DNA of 64,000 nucleotides, taken from NCBI GenBank assembly GCA_010015805.1, contig ML978132.1, forward strand, positions 186,001 to 250,000, written 5' to 3'. Position numbers and translations under genes: made by a program. The DNA comes from Rhizodiscina lignyota (Eukaryota). Each line of letters opens with the position of its first letter. Position 1 is the first letter of the stretch. The notes beneath the pieces are model-generated. The model ran no database searches. It was given only the letters and a program-made list of their open reading frames with translations, and was not told the DNA's origin. Shown piece after piece: positions 57,976 to 64,000 of the stretch.

Positions 57976-59367
57976 TTAGATCATCTTCACCGTTGATGTC
58001 TCGTTCTGTTTTATCAAGCCGACAAATATTCCTGCAGTATACTTCGTTTCACCATTAGTCTCCCATCGAGCCATTCCCGGAGCTCCAAAAGTCCATCTCA
58101 GTGATGCCGACACGAGTAATGTTACATTGTCATCCGGAGAAAGATCCTCGCACAAGAACAAGTATCCTGCACTTGAATCAACTGTTCTGCAATGACTTTT
58201 GAATCCCATCTGCTCTAGACAGTAGAACATCGAGTCCTCCACGGGGATATCTTCCGATCCAAATTCCGTAGCAGCAGTGAGCCAGCCCCGGATGAATTTC
58301 TCGCCTTCATCACCCAGCTGGCCAGGTTTTAGGACGACCATCTCATCCAGATATAGGGCGCCGTCTTCCCAATGGCCAGGTTGTTTCTCACCCCAACAAT
58401 GCCATGGCAGTATCGCCGGCAAATCTCCTTCACTACTTGGTCTCCACGTCTTTGTCCTCTCCTCGCTCCTTGCTGCTAGTGAGTAGATGAACGAGTAATC
58501 GCCCTTCCGCTCACATAATGCCATAAATTCTTCGCACGCATTGCCCTCTGGGGACAGACTTGCGAGATCCGCTGTCATGGGGCCGATCATTGCATAGAAG
58601 TGATCTTCAGCACGTTCTTGCACGCGCCGGTCCATATTGGCCATGACCTGCAGCGCCGACCGCTCTTGATACGCAGCAGTCATCCAGTCGACAATGAGAT
58701 CCTCGAAAGCGGAGAGGGATGGATAAGCTTGCGCTTTTTCGAAACTTCTCATGGGAAGCTTTGAGAGTGTGTAGCCGATGCGGTTGAGGAACGTGTCCCC
58801 AGATATGGCGGTCACCAGATTATAACTAGCGCCTGGAAGAGGCACAGGGGAGGCGCAGGTGAAGGAAAGGGTGTAACTATTAACAACCTCTTGATACGTC
58901 CACGCGCGGGTAATCCATGGCTCGCTTTCGAGGGCCTCTAATGCAGCTTCGTCTATCGTGTCGGAGATGAGCATCTGTTCGAGAGCGAGGGTTGAGGTCT
59001 CAGAGAGTACGACGATGACTTCTTGCGCCTGGGAATAGATGAACCCCATGCTGGCGAGTGTAAACCGCTTCTGATCTGGGTCAGACGGGACGCAGAACGC
59101 ATCGATCCAGAAACGGTGGCAGTCGGGCCGCTGATGAATTGCAGCATATAGACCTGGGATTGTATTCGAAGATACAGATTTGGAGGCGTCAAACGGGTTT
59201 GGTGCTCTTTTGGTACCCCATGTATAGGAAATACATATGAAGTCCTTAGGATGTTGTTGCGACGCGTCGACCTCTTCGCTTGTGAGCCACCACCTCCGAC
59301 CTCCTATTTCCAGAGTGGTGGGATCATCACTGACGGAAGACGAGTCTACGAGAAAGTAGAGAAGCAT
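57976..59367 (-). CDS. HET-domain protein (second, divergent type)
   Basis: FICISYTWG, FWIDAFCVP, MGFIYSQA, WITRAWTYQE. Confidence 0.9.
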   Translation of the reverse strand: MLLYFLVDSSSVSDDPTTLEIGGRRWWLTSEEVDASQQHPKDFICISYTWGTKRAPNPFDASKSVSSNTIPGLYAAIHQRPDCHRFWIDAFCVPSDPDQKRFTLASMGFIYSQAQEVIVVLSETSTLALEQMLISDTIDEAALEALESEPWITRAWTYQEVVNSYTLSFTCASPVPLPGASYNLVTAISGDTFLNRIGYTLSKLPMRSFEKAQAYPSLSAFEDLIVDWMTAAYQERSALQVMANMDRRVQERAEDHFYAMIGPMTADLASLSPEGNACEEFMALCERKGDYSFIYSLAARSEERTKTWRPSSEGDLPAILPWHCWGEKQPGHWEDGALYLDEMVVLKPGQLGDEGEKFIRGWLTAATEFGSEDIPVEDSMFYCLEQMGFKSHCRTVDSSAGYLFLCEDLSPDDNVTLLVSASLRWTFGAPGMARWETNGETKYTAGIFVGLIKQNETSTVKMI

Positions 59368-59904
59368 CTTACTCTCATCTGAAGAATCGTACTGAGAGAA
59401 ACTGGAAGGCGAAAGAAAGGACGATCAATTACCTGCCTTGCTTTTTTCCCAACGAGGCTGATTTAAGCGCGTCCATTTCTGTGCAGCTGCATATCGATGA
59501 AGCGACAGTTCCTCCTATATACCCTCACATTGTCTTGTGTTCAAGAGGATACAGCAGGTACAGTATAAGAAGTCTTTGTAAGAAGTCTTTGTGGAAGATA
59601 CGCGAGGTGAAGAAATGATCTTGGCGAGCAATTTGTCATTGGAGACTTTCGAAGCAATCGATCGTCATTGTTACAGTAGCTCCTCCTCCGCCGATCGGGT
59701 TTATGCCCTGACTTTGGCTCTCGCCACTTCGTGACACATATAGTGAGCTATATAAATATACAAGTGCTCTAGGACTCTTTGAAGCAATTCAGTGAATAGT
59801 TTCCATTCCTTATCGACCTGGTGTCACCTACATCTTCCCAGTTTCACTACGGTACTCCCCAGGAACCAACAATTCATACTCCGTACATCAATTTTCTGTC
59901 CAAA

Positions 59905-60489
59905 ATGTCCTCCAACACACCAGTAATAACAGGCTCATGCCGCTGCCGCTCAGTTCAATATTATACAACCACACCTCCACGCTCCAAAGCTTGCAACTTC
60001 TGCCACTGCCAGACCTGCCGGCGGCTCTCAGGCGCGCCATTTCTGCCCTTTGCCGACTTTGATACAGCATCAGTTCTCTTCTTCTCTGCCGCATCTTCCA
60101 AGGCCCTTCCCAACTCGCCGAAATCTCCATTTAAGACGGGCATTGCTTCCACGCCATCAACATCCGCTGCATCCGAGCCAGCGCCTCTTCAGGAAGCCGT
60201 TGAAAAGGTACCGGCATTGAAGGAGTATCGTGCATCGCCGCATGCTTCGCGTTTCTTTTGTGGGGATTGTGGGAGTCAGCTTGCGATGTGGTATGATGCG
60301 GAGCCTGGGATGTTGGGGTTAACGCTGGGCACGATGGATGAGGAGAGCATGGAGAAGATAGAGGGAGGGTTGAAGGGCAAAGGCCATATCTGGGTAAAGG
60401 AGAAGGCTGGATGGTTTGATCTGCCGGATGATGGGAGCACGAGGCTCGAGACGATGGGTAATTCGGATCGGCTATTGGAAGGGAAGTGA
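59905..60489 (+). CDS. GFA/CENP-V (Mss4-like) Zn-binding protein
   Basis: GSCRC...CHCQTCRR.SG...RFFCGDCGS...HIWVKEKAGWF. Confidence 0.9.
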   Translation: MSSNTPVITGSCRCRSVQYYTTTPPRSKACNFCHCQTCRRLSGAPFLPFADFDTASVLFFSAASSKALPNSPKSPFKTGIASTPSTSAASEPAPLQEAVEKVPALKEYRASPHASRFFCGDCGSQLAMWYDAEPGMLGLTLGTMDEESMEKIEGGLKGKGHIWVKEKAGWFDLPDDGSTRLETMGNSDRLLEGK

Positions 60490-60938
60490 GGGCTTCAAAT
60501 TCTAATTTGGTGTCCATTAGATGAACCGAGGAAAGGAGAAAAGGAAAATGGCGCAGGTCTCACACCGATTATGACGTAAAGAAGACTCTAATATAGCAAG
60601 GAAACGTCCACCGTAACTCCATTTGGATATTGTCAAAGCTGTGATACAAGAGCTTTCTATTAAGTTGCCAACGCTATCCTTCAATCTCCAAAACTCGCCT
60701 GTCCAAAAGGCCCGCCGCAGAAGTCCCGTGCGCACGGTTGCTCCCCTAAAGAAATCGACCGATACCAATGCTGCCTGTACTGATTCTTATCCTTGTCATG
60801 GTCGTGGGTCCGTAGTATGATGCGTGCCCTGCACGTGCTTGACGTGATGCTTGTTTCATTCGCGCGTGAGATGTGTGCGTTATTTGGTATTCGCAGTTTG
60901 ATATGCCATCTCGTAGCGTTGCCATGCGCGATCGTCGT

Positions 60939-61858
60939 TTACTCGGCCTTGCCAGCCTGAGCGCGCAGGTTCTCGGAGGTCTGACCGCCGGCCTGGAAGT
61001 AGCGGGCGAAGACAGGCTGGAGGAAGGAGCGGAAGACGATCTGAGCACCACTGTGCGCCGTCATTAGACCAGTCCCAGTCTTTGAGGGCAGTCAAACTTA
61101 CGAAGTCTGGGGCAGAGCCATCCAGAGGACCAAGACAAACTTGAAGGTGTAGTAGAATGCTGTAATATGTCAGGTGTCGGAATAGGCATTAACGAGTCGC
61201 GGAGACATACGGAACCAGTAAACGGCATTGACTGCGCTCTCGAAGACACTGTGAGCGCGTTAGTGCATTATCCTGAGACACTCCCATTATTGATGGCCTC
61301 GGCCGAAACTTACGTCAGGAAGGCGTAGACGACCCAGTACTATACTTCAGTTAGTATCTGTGCCCAAACTCCATCTGGATTGTGTGGAAGAGGCGATTAG
61401 ATAGGTGTATGTTGCAGGAGACATACCGTCAACCACTATTTGCGAAGTTAGCATTTGACTGCATTTGAACAGCTTGCCTCTCAGAGGCTGACAGAAAGCT
61501 CACCTGAGTATCATCCGCTTGTCCAGATGTGAACAAGGCTTCCAGAGAGTAGTATCCAGGAATGACGAAGCCTGCAATGTTCACAAGGAACTCTCCGGCA
61601 ATGTTGAAGAAGATCAGGAAGAAGTAGAGCGCGGCGAGGCCGAGCACGACGTATGTCTTCGGGACGTTGGTCTGCTGCTCAAAGTTGTTGAGCGCAGGGT
61701 ACTTGGAAAGCTGCGCACACAGTCAAGTCAATATATGAGCGTATTTAGGAGCATAGAAGAGGCCGCGACGGGGCAACAAAGGACGTTGGGCATGCGACAT
61801 GGCGTACCTCCTTATCGAGCTGCGAGATTTGGTGCTGTGCGCGATCTTGGAAAGACAT
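60939..61858 (-). CDS. YOP1: ER-shaping protein Yop1 (TB2/DP1/HVA22), ~6 introns including micro-exons
   Basis: MSFQDRAQHQISQLDKE/LSKYP...PGYYSL...DDTQ/WLT/YWVVYAFL/VFES...FYYTFKFVLVLWMALPQT/GAQIVF. Confidence 0.93.
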
Positions 61859-62740
61859 GGCGGCGGTTGGGAGCTTCTGTCAACGTTGTAGAACAAGGTG
61901 AAGCAGGAGAAAGAGAGCTATTTAAAGCGGATTGAGGCTTGTGATGTTTCGCAGCGTGTGGTTGTTTGACGATGGATCTGTGGAGGGGAAGCGTGGCAGC
62001 CAAAAGCTGGTCACCGCGATGACGCTCGTCCATTCTTGGCGCCTGAAACAACCCGGTGCCGCCCAGCTTGCACAAAGAACAGGGCAGTCACACCAATGGA
62101 AGCGATGATAAATGCGAAAAAATTGCTCAGCTCAATAAAGATAGAAATTCCGTAAAAGTAAGAGCAGCACAGTCAATATATTTCCATAACCATTGCCAGC
62201 TGGGCGAGCGGCGTGCACGTGGCTGGAGCTTCTCCGGCGTTCTGCCGACGACCGGCCGCGCGCCGCTGGTTGTCCCGCTGCGATGTTTACCATCAACAGA
62301 CGCAGCTTCACTTGCCTACCGACATCCACTCCACCCGACAGCGCCGCGGACCACTTTCTAACGTCGCAAACTCTGCAGTGGCCCAATACTTGAAGCTGAG
62401 AATATCCACCACTCGCTCATTCGCAGGCGCATGCGATTTTAGTGTGCCGTTGCACCGACAACGGCCCTTAACCCAACCACCCGTAAATCGACTCTGCCCA
62501 CCTTCTGCCTCCACTTCGAACACCCGTCGCAAAACTTTCGGTCCACCAATCTCTCTCCAGCAACGCTCGTTCATCAATTGCCCGTCAAATTTGGTCGGCG
62601 TATGATACAAACTTTGCGATCGCAGGCTGATTGTTTGGTACACACCCCACAACATCAACAATCGCCCCACTCGACCTCGAGGGTTGCATACTAATAATTT
62701 CGCAAAAGTATCGCTATCCGTCAACATTTTCTCCTTCAAT

Positions 62741-64000
62741 ATGCCTTCGCAAAACCGGCGCAGTCGCTCGTCGGCGTCGACACAGAGCGCACCAAGGCCC
62801 GCATCACGCGGCTCGACAATGAGCCTACCTTCACAGCAACCTCAAAGCGTCGACGCCGGCTCTCGACCTGGCTCGTCGTATCCCGCACAACCAGCACCAT
62901 CATTCGGACCACCAGGTCCACAATTCGTGCCCATCCAAGCCCAGCAGCAGCCTGACATCGCACCAAGAAATAATGGCGATGCCGACCTAAGTCCCGAACT
63001 TGCAGCATGGTATCATCAACAACAACAACAGGCCGGAGTCGAAGGATTTGGCGTAACACAGGGACCTCCAAACATGCAGCAACCCGAGCAACAGTCATTC
63101 TCAATGGAAGGCGTCCAGTTCTACGGCAGCCAGCCAGCGCCTCCAGTACCTGTACCGGTGGAAGTGGAACGCAAGAAGGGCTCGACATCAAGTGCGACAA
63201 ACGATAAGGAGCTGCGAGAGATACTGTCCAAAAACGAAGGGCGTTCTCTGAAGGACCTTGCGACTGAGGTGCTTGCAACGGAGCGTACTTCTCGCGCTGA
63301 GAAGACCAAGCAACTGTTTGCCATGATATGGTGTGTTAGAACATACCCAATGCTTCTTGAACGAACAATTCCATATTAACAGGCTTTCTAGGCTTAAAAC
63401 TGCGTGCAAGCATGCAAAGACGTCGGTCCCAAGAAATCGAGTCTATACAGTATATGTCGAGCGTTGTGGCACAGAAAGAGTCGCGCCACTCAACCCGGCA
63501 TCATTCGGCAAGCTCGTTCGCGTCATCTTCCCCGGCCTACAGACACGCAGACTAGGTGTCAGAGGCGAGTCAAAGTATCACTACGTCGACTTGGCTCTTG
63601 TGGATGAGCCACAGAATGACTATGAGTATGACCGGAGGAACTCTCAGGCTCCAGAGAGCCGACCATCGCACAGCGTCCGCAACAGCGCTGTCATCGACTT
63701 CAAGTTTGTTCCCTTTATTTCATATGGTGGACACATGCACTGACATTAGCAGCTCTCTTCCACGTCTCCCTGCCGATGCTGCGTCATTTCCTACCATGGA
63801 TGGCAGCATGGATCATCAACAATCCTTTCAGCTGCCACCGGCTGGAACATCGCAGGGAAGGGTATTCGCTGATCCATATCTGCCCGGTGTGAACACTCGT
63901 ACAAGCGCTGCTTCAGCCTCCTACAAGCAGACGTTGAAGTTCCCACCTGCAGAATACAGTCTGCCAGAGAGTGAGAGCATCGAGCTTCCCAACATTCATC
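62741..64000 (+). CDS. RFX-family transcription factor (Rfx1/Sak1/CPCR1-like), runs off the window end
   Basis: KQLFAMIW/L...SVPRNRVY..Y...C...PLNPASFGKLVRVIFP...TRRLGVRGESKYHY. Confidence 0.94.

Noticed and set aside
1..64000. CRISPR arrays, rRNA/tRNA genes, intact transposases or a Starship captain, PKS/NRPS cluster
   Set aside because: No spaced repeat arrays, cloverleaf or rRNA-like tracts, or DDE/RT/tyrosine-recombinase/PKS/NRPS motifs were recognised by eye. Small ncRNAs could have been missed.

Overview
Eukaryotic DNA from a filamentous ascomycete (Pezizomycotina, probably a Dothideomycete, inferred from gene style). It is gene-dense, with about 35 genes and short GT-AG introns carrying CTAAC/CTGAC branch sites. 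Core genes recognised from motifs: sucrose/alpha-glucoside transporter, UreF, Spo12, SARAF-like, PBN1/PIG-X, a Zn2Cys6 factor, PP2C, an amino-acid permease, LDAH, Dcp1, an OCRL-like 5-phosphatase, NAD+ synthetase, an Hcm1/Sep1-type forkhead factor, HIS3, RPC19, NDUFA6, BUD31, YOP1 and RFX. Three accessory patches are interleaved. (i) A head-to-head pair of Ecp2/Hce2-type secreted effectors, apparently from an inverted duplication. (ii) A HeLo-like/ankyrin gene broken by one RIP-type stop, divergent from an atypical-looking NAD+ synthetase. (iii) A ~10.5 kb block bounded by two convergent HET-domain genes, holding a RIP-scarred relic, a small C2H2/acidic protein, an ADH and a motif-altered GT8. 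A decayed zinc-finger gene lies at ~25-26 kb. No rRNA, tRNA, CRISPR array, intact transposon or secondary-metabolite core gene was seen. All calls are by-eye motif recognition with no database searches, exon boundaries are manual, and no novel system is proven.
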